A stretch of 64,000 nt of DNA from Heterodontus francisci (Eukaryota): positions 106,199,651-106,263,650 of the forward strand of contig NC_090376.1 of assembly GCF_036365525.1 (NCBI RefSeq), written 5' to 3'. Position 1 is the stretch's first letter; every line of letters begins with the position of its first letter. Of the stretch, positions 50,410 through 61,949 are shown one piece after another. The notes under the pieces were generated by a model, which was given only the letters and a program-made list of their open reading frames with translations, did not search any database and was not told the origin of the DNA. A program made the translations under genes and the position numbers.

Positions 50410-53400
50410 TATAATAATCTGGATAACACAACTGAAAACAAGGCAGAATATCGAAGATTCAGAGGGGAAGTGAAAATGTAAAAAAGAGAAGCAAAGAGAG
50501 AGTATGGAAAGAGACTGGCAGCTAATAAAACAGGGAATGCAAAAGTCTTCGATGGGCATTTTAATAGTAAAAAAGTGCTGAAAGGAGGAGTGGGGTTGAT
50601 TAAGGAACAAAAAGGGGATTTACATGGAAGCAGGGGACATGGCTGAGGTATTAAATGAATACTTTGCAACTGTCTTTCCCAAGGAAGAAATGCTGTGCAG
50701 GTCATGGTGAAAGAGGAAGTAATTCAGACACTTGAAAGGTTTAAAATTGATAATGAGGAGGTATTGGATAGGCTCGCTGTATTTAAAGTTGATCAGGCAC
50801 CAGGACCAGATGAGATGCATCGAAGGATAATCAGGGATGTGAGAGTGGAAATTGTGAAAGGGCTGACCACAATTTTCCAGTCTTCCTTAGACTCAGGGGT
50901 GATGCTAGAGGACTGGAAAATTGCAAATGTTACACTCTTGTTCAAGAAAGGGTGTAAAGATAAGACCAGCAACTACAGGCCAGCCAGTTTAAACTCGATG
51001 GTGGGGAAGCTTCTAGAAATGATAATTCGGGACAAAATTAATAGTCACTTGGACAAATGCGGGATAATTAGGGAAAGGCAAAATGGATTTGTGAAGGGCA
51101 AATTGTGTTTAACTAACTTGCAGGAGTTTTTTGATGAAGTAACAAAGAAGGTTAATCAGGACAATGCTGATGATGAGGGGGGTCAGTGGATGTGGTTTAT
51201 TTGGACTTTCAGAAGGCTTTTGACAAAGTCTCAAATAAGAGATTAGAGTGTAAAATTAAAACGCACGGGATTGGTGGTAGTCTATTGCGATGGATCGAAA
51301 ATTGGTTGGCAGACAGGAAACAAAGAGTAGGGATAATTGGGTCTTTTTCCGAATGGCAGGCAGTGACTAGTGGGGTACCGCAGGGATCAGTGCTAGGACC
51401 CCAGCTATTCACAATATATATTAATGATTTAGATGAGGGAACTAAATGTAATATTTCCAAATTTGCAGATGACACAAAACTGGGTTGGAGGGTGATTTGT
51501 GAGGAAGATGCAGAGAGGCTTCAGGGTGATTTGGACAAGTTGAGTGAGTGGCAAATGCATGGCAGATGCAGTATAACGTGGATAAGTGTGAGGTTATCCA
51601 CTTTGGTAGCAAAAACAGGAAGGCAGATTATTAACTGAATGGCTATAAACTGAGAGAGGGGAATATGCAACGAGACCTGGGTGTTCTTGTACACAAGTCG
51701 CTGAAGGTAAGCATGCAGGTGCAACAGGCGATAAAAAAGGCAAATGGTATGTTGGCCTTCACAGTGAATGGATTCGAGTACAGGAGCAGGGATGTCTTGC
51801 TGCAATTATACAGGGCCTTGGTGAGGCCACACCTTGAATATTGTGTGCAATTTTGGTCTCCTTATCTGAGGAAGGATGTTCTTACTATAGAGGAAGTGCA
51901 GCGAAGGTTTACTAGACTGATTCCTGGGATGGCGGGACTGATGTGTGAGGAGAGATTGAGTCGGTTAGGATTATATTCACTGGAGTTCAGAAGAGTGAGA
52001 GATGATCTCATAGAAACCTATAAAATTCTAACAGAACTTGACAGGGTAGATGCAGGAAGGATGTTCCCGATGGGTGGGGGAGTGCAGAACCAGGGGTCAT
52101 AGTATAAGGATATGGGGTAAACAATTCAGGACTGAGATGAGGAGAAATTTCTTCACCCAGAGAGTGGTGAATCTGTGGAATTCGCTAACACATAAAGCAG
52201 TTGAGGACGAAACATTGTATGTTTTCAAGAAGGAGTTAGATATAGCTCTTAGGTTTAAAGGGATCAAAGGATATGGAGCGAAAGCAGGAACAGGTTACTG
52301 AGATGAATGATCAGCCATGATCACAATGAATGGTGAAGCATGCTCGAAGGGCCGAATGGCCTACTCCTGCTCCTATTTTCTATGTTTCTATGTTTCTATA
52401 CAGAGACTTCCAAAAAGCATTTGATAAAGTGCCACACAACAGACTTGTGAGCAAAGTTAGAGTTCCTGGGGAACAGTAGCAATATGGATATGAAATTGGC
52501 TGAGTGACAAGAAACCGAGAGTAGTGGTTAATGGATGGTTTTCGAATTGTAGGAAGGTTTGTAGTGGAGTTCCCCAAGGGCTGTTGCTCGGACCTTTGCT
52601 GTTCCTGATATATATTAACGATCTAGACCTTAATGTACAGTGCACAATTTCAAAATTTGCAGATGAGACAAAACTTGGAATCATTGTGAATTGTGAGGAG
52701 GATAGTGTAGAAGTACAAAAGGACATAGACAGGTTGGTGGAATGAGCGGACAAGTGGCAGATGAAATTTTATGCAGAGAAGTGTGAAGTGATTCATTTTG
52801 GTAGGAAGAATGCAGAGAGACAATAAAAAATTAAGGGTGGAATTGTAAAGGGGGTATAGGGGCAGAGGAACCTGGGTGTATATGTGTACAAATTATTGAA
52901 GATGGCAGGACAGGTTGAGAAAACAGTTAGTAGAGCATACAGCACTCTAGGTGTCATTAATAGTAGCAATGAGTGCAAAAGCAAGGAAGTTATGTTAAAC
53001 TTGTATCAAACACTGGTTCGGCCTCAACTGGAGTTATATGTCTAGTTCTGGGCGCCACACTTTAGCAAAGGTATGAAGGCATCGGACAGAGTGCAGAAAA
53101 GGTTGATGAGAATGGTTCTAGGGATCAGGAACTTCAGTTACATGGATAGATTGGAGAAGTTGGGACTGTTTTATTTGGAGAAGAGAAGGTTGAGAGGAGA
53201 TTTGATAGAGGTATGTAAAATCATGAGGGGTCTGCACATAGTAGATAGGGAAAAACTGTTCCCACTGGTGGAGGGATTGAGAACAAGAGGGGACAGATTT
53301 AGGGTAATTGGCAAAAGAAGAAATAGTGCCATGAGGAAAAACTGTTTCATGCAGCCAGTGGTTAGGATGTGGAATGCACTGCCTGAGAGTGTGTTGGAGG

Positions 53401-53575
53401 CAGGTTCAATCGAGACATTCAAAAGGGAATTGGATTGTTATCTGAAAGGAAGAATGTGCAGGACTACAGGGAGAAGGCCAGGGAGTGGCACTAGGTAAAT
53501 TGCTCTTTCGGACAGCCAGCGTAGACACGATGGGCTGAATGGCCTCCTTCTATGCTGTAACAGTTCTGTGATTCA
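50410..53575 (+). mobile_element. CR1 LINE ORF2 (RT to 3' UTR), degraded, interrupted at 51172-52399
   Basis: PGPDEMH, NYRP.SL..VGKLLE, GVPQG.LLGP, FADETK and WNALP motifs; 3' UTR GGGCTGAATGGCCT. Confidence 0.9.
51172..52399 (+). mobile_element. Nested 5'-truncated CR1 LINE
   Basis: DVVYLDFQKAFDKV, GVPQGSVLGP, FADDTK and RPHLEYCVQFWSP motifs, with an (ATGTTTCT)n tail. The host resumes at GACTTCCAAAAAGC. Confidence 0.9.
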
Positions 53576-53599
53576 GTGGTATTCTTTTCCACAATTGTA

Positions 53600-54010
53600 T
53601 CACCATCTTATTAAAAAAGTGTTTGTTAAATTGTCTATTTTCTTTTTACATCTCTAATTTTAAACTGCACTCCCCAATCCTAGATTCCGGTGCCTGACAG
53701 AAGCTTCCTGAATTAGTCAAGATCATAGAGACCTCAAGATTAAAAGGAGGATGATTGGAGACTTGGTAGAGCATGAGGTTGTGGGGCAATAACCTTTCCT
53801 CATAATTTAGCTCTTTAAATTCAGCATTGAGCCTTAGAACTCCCTTCAGGAGTTAGTTCCAGTAATATGGAAACCAAAACTCAACAGAGCACTCCAGATT
53901 TGGCCTATAAAGCCAGGTACAACTTCAATACCACCTCTGTAGCCATGTAAGTCATATCCTTAGCTATGCATCCAAGCACTTAATTTGCTTTCTTCACCAC
54001 CTGTGAGAAT
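53600..54010 (-). mobile_element. Degraded CR1-group ORF2 C-terminal fragment
   Basis: Minus strand shows remnants of 'KANQVLGCI..LYL..RPNLE.SV.FW.PY' and 'DL..VS'. Confidence 0.55.
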
Positions 54011-54497
54011 TGAATTGAGTTTTAATAACTTTCCCACCATACCTTTAAAAAAGCTCTAAGGTAGAAATTGGGTCCATCTGTAAAAAAAAAAATTGTGAAC
54101 GTCACAGAGATTATGAGACATGTCAGAGAAAAAAAGCAGAGACTTACTGAAAGGAAAAGAAAAGGTGTGCACAATTAGGGAGATACAGGGGTCATAAAGA
54201 GAAAACTGAGTGAAATTCATAAGAATAGAAAAAGACTGAAAGACAAATGGAAAGATAAAGAGAGGTACACAGGAAAATAATTAGTAAGTGGGACAAAAAA
54301 ACAAATGCAATTACAGCAAAAGTGCTGCAATTATTTTTGGTCAATGCATAATACTGTATTAAACCAATTAATATTGTTTATCAATGCAAATATATCAGGG
54401 TTGGTGTGTGCAGTGGTTAAACACAGTATCTTTCACCTCTTGGACCCAAGTTGCATGCAAACAGATAAGGTAAGTGTTTCCATGCTTCCTCCCTCTC

Positions 54498-56688
54498 GTG
54501 ACTAAATTTTAACTTAACGACGTGCTGGAAGTGGGGCGGGGGAGTGGTGCGGGGAATGGGTATCCATTAGCGCATGGCGAACCCAGAAGTAAGTGCAACA
54601 TATCTATCAGTGGTGTTTTAAGCCAGCCAATGAATGTCTTCTGGGTTTCCTGACTAATTAGCAGGAATGGGTGTGATGATGACCCAATGATGACCCGATT
54701 CCAGTATTGAAAGGGACTCTGCAAACATGACATCCGATGGATTGTGGAGGTGGGGGAAGAAAAGAAGCAAGTGTTGCAATGGAGTCCCAGCATGCCAAGT
54801 CTGCTTCATGCTTTACTGATGCCTCCTTGGATTTAATGCTGTGGTCTGTAAACATCGACAAGGAGATACTCTTCCCCACTGATAGGAGGAAGAAGCCTGC
54901 CATTGAAAGTATGAAGGCGTGGCTGGAGATTACTCAGGAGGTGAGAAGCAGGAGAATGGTGTCACACTCCTGGATTCAGTGCTGAAAGCTGTTTAATGAC
55001 CTATTCTAGGCAGTATAGGTGTGTATGCTGGCACATTCAACTACATCCTGCTGTGCGCATCATGCTAACTACCTCACTCAACTTTCCCTACCCTACCACA
55101 GCACATCGACCTCACACCAAATTACCTTACAGGTATACCCATTGCTCTTTGTCTGTGCACTTCCTCACATCTCCATCTGATCATCCACCACTGATAGTTA
55201 TCCTCATCTTAATGCAATGTCATGCCTCTCCCTCATAGTCACCCTCAACAAATGTTGTGCATCTATCCATTTAGCACATTATATTACTTTTACTCATACA
55301 TCTCTTCTTTCCCTCCTTGCAGGGGAAGAGAGCACAGAACACCAGGAAGAGGCAGAGAAGAGGAGGTGGTCCTCCATCAATCTGGCAATTAACATCTGCA
55401 GAAGAAGAGGCCCTAGAGGTCAGAGGAGTCTCCATGTAGTAGGCCATCAGAGATGGAGGCCTCCAGGTAATTGGTGACAGTATTAAATATTATACAGGCA
55501 CGTGAGATACAACACTCACTCATGTTGACTTGATGACAGCAGTCAGTGAAATATGATCATGTTCATAATGATCAACTAAATCATTCTTACCTTAACAGTT
55601 CTAATGCATGTCTTTAATCTCACATTGGGCCTTCAAACATCCCACAGGAGTTGGTCCAGGAGAATGACGATGACTCCTTGGAGGAGACCTCACACTCACA
55701 GGGCTCATGCAGATCATGCACCAGCTCAAATACTCACACTTTGGTGGGACCAGTAAGGAAGGTAGCTGAGTTTTCACCTGGTGTCTCACACATCACAAGT
55801 GAGCAAGAGCAGATGGCAGAGACAGGGACAGAAGTGGAGGGTCCATGTTGTAGAGCTCAGAACATTCCAAGCTCTGCTCAGGTGGATGAAGATGCTGAAC
55901 CTTGGGGGCCAATAACAGCAGAGCAATATAAACTACTGGCAGGCATTCCAGATGCGTTGTGCATGCTTGCTGAGCGATTGCAGGAGTCCATCTCAAGCAT
56001 GAGTGGCATGGTATTGCAAACCTTTGGATGATGTCTTCATTCATGGAAAGGGTGGCCACCAGCATGGAGCATCAAATGCTGTATTCGAATGAGAGTATGC
56101 AGCCCCCCCCCCCACTTGCTCATCATCTGAGGTCCAGGCTAAAACAGCATAAGTAACACCCATGCTGATCTGATATATCAAAGATAAAAAAGTTGTGATC
56201 AGATGCACAAACCTTCCAATTAGTGAAAGTGATCTCCAAAGTACTAGAAATCTCCTGTAAAGTAATGAAATTAACCTGTAAGGTAGGGAATATAAACTCT
56301 CAAACAAGTGCAGTTTCACACAATTAGACAATGCAGCAGCTGTGAGGTTTCAGTACTTATGGGAATTTTTGCCTGTCACTTCTTCAGCCCTCTCAATTGC
56401 CATTTTGTTCTCGCTTTGCTTTCACTGACGAGTTCCAAGAAGCTCAAGAAACCTATGCAACCACAGTTAAATTCCAAAACTCCTGGTAAGTTAGCGTTTA
56501 ATGAGCTTTTAACATATTTAAATAAACCCGCCTCTCCTGAGGGAGTTTCTCGAACACAGCCTAACATGCTGCAGCTAAATGTGGAAGTTGGCAGTTTGGA
56601 GCTGGTTTCCTGTCACATTGTCAATTTTAGCACTATTAATCCCCCACCTGCACTGACACACACTTGTTCTTGGAAGTTAAAGTTCCCC
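54498..56688 (+). mobile_element. Decayed Harbinger-type element with a 3-exon Myb/SANT gene remnant; no transposase seen
   Basis: Exon 1 (from 54779): FTDASL..LFPTDRRKKP..KAWLEI.QEV..SWIQC*KLFNDL. Exon 2 (55323-55466): GKRAQNTRKRQRRGGGPP. Exon 3 starts at 55648. Weak TIRs AATTTTAACTT and AAGTTAAAGTT. Confidence 0.7.
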
Positions 56689-57287
56689 CCGCTGCTTCAC
56701 TGGAAGTTGGCACAGATCCCTTTCCCAATGCCAGGACATTTGTCCTCAAGAAGGAAAAACAAATTATTTGTTGCTGATTTGTGGGAGACTTCATCTGCAC
56801 CCTTCACAGTGGGAAGATGCGCAATGAGAAGAAATTACAGGTAAGAACAGAAGGGCTCGATATATAAGTTTTCTTGCTTGGGATAAATGTAATACGTTGT
56901 AACAAATGCTATAAATAAAAAAAATGTAACTAAGCCTGGGACAAATATGTAGGCTGTGCAAGTAACTAAATTCGACTTAAATATGGAAGCAAAAGGAAAT
57001 GAAAGCCAATTTATAAGGGGCATTAAGGTATTTCCATGATCTTGATACTTTCAGCACAACACATTTTTTGCCTTTTGGGTAGGTTGGTGCAAGATTTGTG
57101 CAGGTCGTGGGCTGCATTATTGTATATGCTGTGAGTTTGTTCTATTCACATTTGGGTATTCCTGATCCAGTTGCTGCTTTTCCACCAATTGTTTCTATTT
57201 TGAATGCTAGTCTTTCAGCTTCAGACATTGCTGTTCCACTGGTAGCGCTTGCTGTACATTTGCACTTGCTTTCAATCCCTCTGTTTA

Positions 57288-58200
57288 CTTTTTTATTCTT
57301 TCATGGGATATGAGTGTTGTTTGCAAGGCCAGCATTGTTGCCCACCCCTAATTGCCCTTGAGAAGGTGGTGGTGAGCTGTTTTCTTGAACTGCTGCAGTC
57401 CATCTGGTGCGCATATGCCATAGTGCTGTTAGGAAGGGAGTTCCAGGATTTTGATCTATTGACAGTGAAGGAATGGCAATGCAGTTCCAAGTCAGGATGG
57501 TGTTTGACTTGAAAGGGAACTTGCAGATGGTGGTGTTCCTATGCGTCTGCTGTCCTTGTCCTTCTAGGTGGTAGAGGTTGCGGGTTTGGAAGGTGCTGTT
57601 GAAGGAGCCTTGGCGAGTTGCTGCAGTGCATCTTGTAGATGGTACACACTGCTGCCACTGTGTATTGATGGTGGAGGGAGTAAAATCAGTTGGTGGATGG
57701 GGTGCCGATAGAGCAGACTGCTTTGTCCCGGATGGTGTCAAGCTTCTTGAGTGTTGTTGGATTTGCACTCATTCAAGTCAAGGGGGGAGCATTCCTGCCT
57801 TGTGATTTGTAGATGGTGGACAAACTTTGGGGAGTCAGGAGGTGAGTTGCTCGCCTCAGAATTCCCAGTCTCTGACCTGCTCTTGTAGCCACAGTATCTA
57901 TATGGCTGGTCCAGATCAGCTTCTAGTCAATGGTAACCCCCAGGATGTTGATCGTAAAGCCATTGAGTGTCAAAGGGAGATGGTTAGATTCTCTCTTGTT
58001 TGAGATGATCGTTGCCTGGCACTTTTGTGGTGCAAATATTACTTGCCACTTATCAGCCCAAGCCTGGATGTTGTCCAGTTTCGTTGCATATGGACACAGT
58101 CTGCTTCAGTATCTGAGGAATTGCGAATGGTACTGAACATTGTGCAGTCATCAATGAGTATCCCCATTTCTGACCTTATGATGTAGGGAAGGTAATTGAT
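57288..58200 (-). mobile_element. 3' ~0.9 kb of the CR1-group LINE family at 45.7-48.9 kb
   Basis: Collinear with 45670-46610, including the tail and the DDCTMFSTIRNSSDTEA segment. Confidence 0.9.
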
Positions 58201-58569
58201 GGAAGCAGCTTCTGCTCCTGACCCCTTCTGTCGTACCATTTCACAAAATTTTTCCCTCCTTTTATTTGGACAAAGTTTTCAAGCCAAGTCACAAGCCATT
58301 ACAGTGGCTGAAGCAGTTAGCAGATGCATCTGTTTCAATTGGATGAACAGTGTTTCCTCTTTGAATAGTCCTTGGTATAAACCTGTGCCTGGTATTGAGA
58401 AGAGAAAATAGTCAAATGCCCCTAATATGACTGAGTGACATAATAGGAAACATTTTTTAAATGGTTGAAATGGTAATGAGGGGATGCTCAGTCTGGTGTG
58501 GATCTAACTGGTGCCTCTGTAATAATATCCCATCTCCCTCATCTACTGTCAAATTGGGCAACTTTGATT

Positions 58570-58850
58570 TCCTTTGAGGGCCCAGGACATATTGGCCATA
58601 CTGTCCTCTGGGGTGGTTGTAAAAGACCCTATGACACTGTTCGAAGCAAAGCAAGAAAGTTCTCCCAGTTTCTTGGCCAATCCTCAAGTAACTTCATTTA
58701 GCCAGATGATATGGTCAATACCTCCTTGTTATTTGCGGGACCTTGCCATACACAAATTGGCTATTTGCATTTCCCTGCATTGTAACAGTGACCACACTTC
58801 AAAAGTACTTCATTGGTTGCAAAGTGCTTTGGGACATTTTGAGATCACTA
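58570..58850 (+). mobile_element. Deu-domain SINE fragment
   Basis: Motifs GTAAAAGACCCTATGACACT, CAAATTGGCT and CTTCAAAAGTACTTCATTGG..GCTTTGGGACA. Confidence 0.8.
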
Positions 58851-59200
58851 TGTAATGGTAAAAGGATTTAGTAGGGGAGATAAAGAGAAGCTATTTCCTC
58901 TGATAGGGTAATCAAAAATGAGGGGACATAATCTTAAAATTAGAGTCAAGCCATTTACAAGGGAAATCCGGAAGCAAGTTTTCATACAAAGGGTAGTATG
59001 AATTATTTCTCTGAAAAGGGTGTGGATGCTGGGACAATTGAAGCTTACCATATTTTGTTAGGTAAAGGTATCAAAGGGGTATTGAGCTAAGGCAGTTAAA
59101 TGGACTCGGGTATAGATCAGCCATGATCTAATTGAAGGGCGAAGGAGGTTGAAGGTGCTGAATGGCCTGCTTCTCTTCCTAATATTCCCATGTTCCTATA
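58850..59200 (+). mobile_element. CR1 LINE 3' end (degraded)
   Basis: KLFPL..MRGHNLKI..F.QRVV motif; 3' UTR CAGCCATGATCTAATTGAA..TGAATGGCCT; ATGTTCCT tail. Confidence 0.85.
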
Positions 59201-59739
59201 TAAATCCAAACCCTTCCTTCCTTCTTTCCATCCCTCCCTCTAGTTATTATTGATATTTATGCTAGGATATATAGTTTTAGCAGATTTACATGTAAACAAT
59301 GACACTTTATGTTTCACTCATACCTTTGGTCAGTCATCTGTCTGCTATTTCCTCTCAGATGACTGTGTGTCTTTTATGTCTTTCCATTGCATCTTGGCAC
59401 ACCTCCAATTTGAGAGCGGACAAGGAGTTTCTGTATATTCTCACACTGTCTCTGAAGTGTCACTCATTTATCACTCATTATGCGAGTCGGGAATACCAGT
59501 TAGAATATTATGTAACTACATTGGCCCAACTCAAATAAACATACCATCAAATTAAAACACTATGACAGGCTCAAAGTAGATGCTGCAACTAGCAATAAAA
59601 ATGCAGTATAGTATTTGAAGAGCATTTGTAGCACTGGGCAGGAGGGAAAAATTATGAAGAGAATCAGACAAGAATTACAGATTGGCATTGTGTTCAGACA
59701 ATCCAGAAATCAGGGAAACACAGAACTGGACATAAACAG

Positions 59740-61945
59740 GCCATAAATCTGGTGCAAAAACTTTGTTTTTGCCTCTTTTTGGGCGTGGGGCTGGTGACTC
59801 ATTATCTGCCCAGGCCTAGTCCCATTGACACAGGCAACATGCAAACTTGATGCTGCCTCCTCATTTCCATGATTGTAGCATTCAGTTGAGTGCGACCCAC
59901 ATTATTGGCTGGCAGCATGCATCAGTTGTAGCTAGCCTTCAGCTCTTAAAGGCAGCCTGCCCCGCTTAAAGGGGAGCTGCACTCATTACAAATAAGCTGC
60001 TGTCGACTGCCTGAAGTTGAATTGGCTGCAAGTGGAAGGGAAAATGAAATGGAGCAGCAGGGAGAAGCAAGTGCTTCCAGGTTCACAGTTGTGGCAATGG
60101 GGGCCTTAATGATGAAGGTCAATGGAAGGAGAGAGACTATGTTTCCACATAAGAGCTAGGAGGCCCTCAAGGAATACCCTCTGAAGGGAATGGGGGTTGG
60201 ATGCAAGGGAAGTTAATTCCCAGAGTCTGGCCCTGAGGGCTTGGCCACAGTGCCGCAAGAAGTTCAATGGCATCACATGGGTGGTAATGGTCAATGAATG
60301 CATCTTCAAAGTGCATCACATATCCACTGCTCCACCAACCTCTCATGCTGCTCAATGCACCACAGTCCCATCTCTCCCCATCAACAGTTCCTAGCAGTCA
60401 GGACTCTGGCCTAGCATTCTGATGATACACTTCACCCTCACACACATTGTAATGATGCCAGCTCTCACCCACCTCTCACAGCCTCTGCCTACCTCCAGCT
60501 ATTCAGTTGTGGGAGACATTTCACCCAAATGCAGTGCAACACAATCACTGACATTCATTCCTCTGTCTTGCTGAACAAGGTAGCATACAATCATAGGGAG
60601 CAGAGCAGAAGTGGTGGGGGCCAGGGACGTCTGCAACTCCTGAGCCCTACGGAGCATCTTGGGGCTGGTTGTGATAGAGCCCATTGCATCTGGTATCACC
60701 GAAAGCATTGAAGATGATGGTATGTTCTTGCCTTATGTCCTTCTCACCTCCCACTTCACCCTCATCCAGCTATCTGGCATGAAGTGCACGATGCTGTTGG
60801 TGTGACCATGGACTTCTTACTTTTCACTGAACCCAGTTTATTTCATCCCCCTTCTGCTTTTCTACTTTCAGACCCCCAAGAACTGCTGCCTGGCCAGCCA
60901 GTGCAGCCTCATCATGAAGGGTGAGAGCAACACCACACCAGTGAGGAAGAATCACCATCATTTGATCTGACACTCACAGCCATCAGCTCAGATACTGGCA
61001 TTGTGTGAACTTTAGAAGGTAGTGTAGAGTCGGGATTTACACGTTGTGGATCACTGAGTATGAGTAGGTTGCAGCCAGTCTGGGGGAAAGGATAGCTTGC
61101 ATGCCAGCTAATCAGAGGGGAAGGTTGTATGTGAGTTCTGCTACATGGGATTCAGATGAAGGCTTCGATAGGACAACATACAGAAGAATGCTAATGAACA
61201 TGCACACCGAGATGCTTGGTGCATTGACAGGCCTGCCAGACAGCCTCTTGCCACTGTTAAGGAACCTGGAGGAGTCCAGCTGCAACATGGCACAGGGCAT
61301 CATGCAGAGCTTGGAGCCCATCCTTTCCAGCATGGAGGTGGTGGCCAACTCCATGACTGGACTTGTGGAACCAGCCGGGATGCAGTGTTTGGTGATCAGT
61401 GTCTCAGTTTCCACTGCAGGGCAGATGAAAGCCACCCAACATCTCAGTGCTGCAGTCGAAGCTCAGACTGGGGTCATGAGATTTGTGCATGCTGCTACAC
61501 AGGCTCAGACTGTAGCCATCATATCTGCAGATCTCAGTGCTCAAAGGGGCATGAAGGCTTTCACAGCAGTCCAACAACCTGTTCACCAGCAGGATGGATG
61601 AGGTGCTGTCTCGTGGGAGTGTCTGTGGCTACGTGGAGTATGAACCTGCTGTCCTCTTTCAGGATGTCAGCATTCATGCTCCCATCACTGCCACTCTGCA
61701 GTGACCTTGCTGTTGCCTCTCAGCAAGCCCAGACTACTGCCACTCATGCCGAGGTTGTGAGTCTGCAGCTGGACCCTCAAGGCTCAGAGCTGCCTGAGGT
61801 CATCCTGCAAGGCCATCTGCAGTCTCTCCCAGTGAAAGATTTCAGCCTGCCAACAGCCATTCTGCAGCCACTGGGATAGCATTGCGTAGGAGCACAAAAA
61901 CAGGTAAAGGCATCTGCAAGATAGGCACTAAGGAAATGCACTGGA
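59740..61945 (+). mobile_element. Decayed Harbinger-type element with a 3-exon Myb/SANT gene remnant, cut off by a CR1 insertion
   Basis: Exon 1 (from ~60049): MEQQG..ASRFT..; AREVNSQSLALRAWPQCRKKFN. Exon 2 (~60574-60719): KVAYNHREQSRSGGGQ..LSPTE. Exon 3 starts at 60872 and includes ORF 61101..61601. Confidence 0.72.
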
Positions 61946-61949
61946 GATC

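Noticed and set aside
61101-61879. ORFs of 166 and 164 aa as a host gene
   Set aside because: They are frameshifted parts of the decayed transposon-derived last exon, and upstream exons carry stops.
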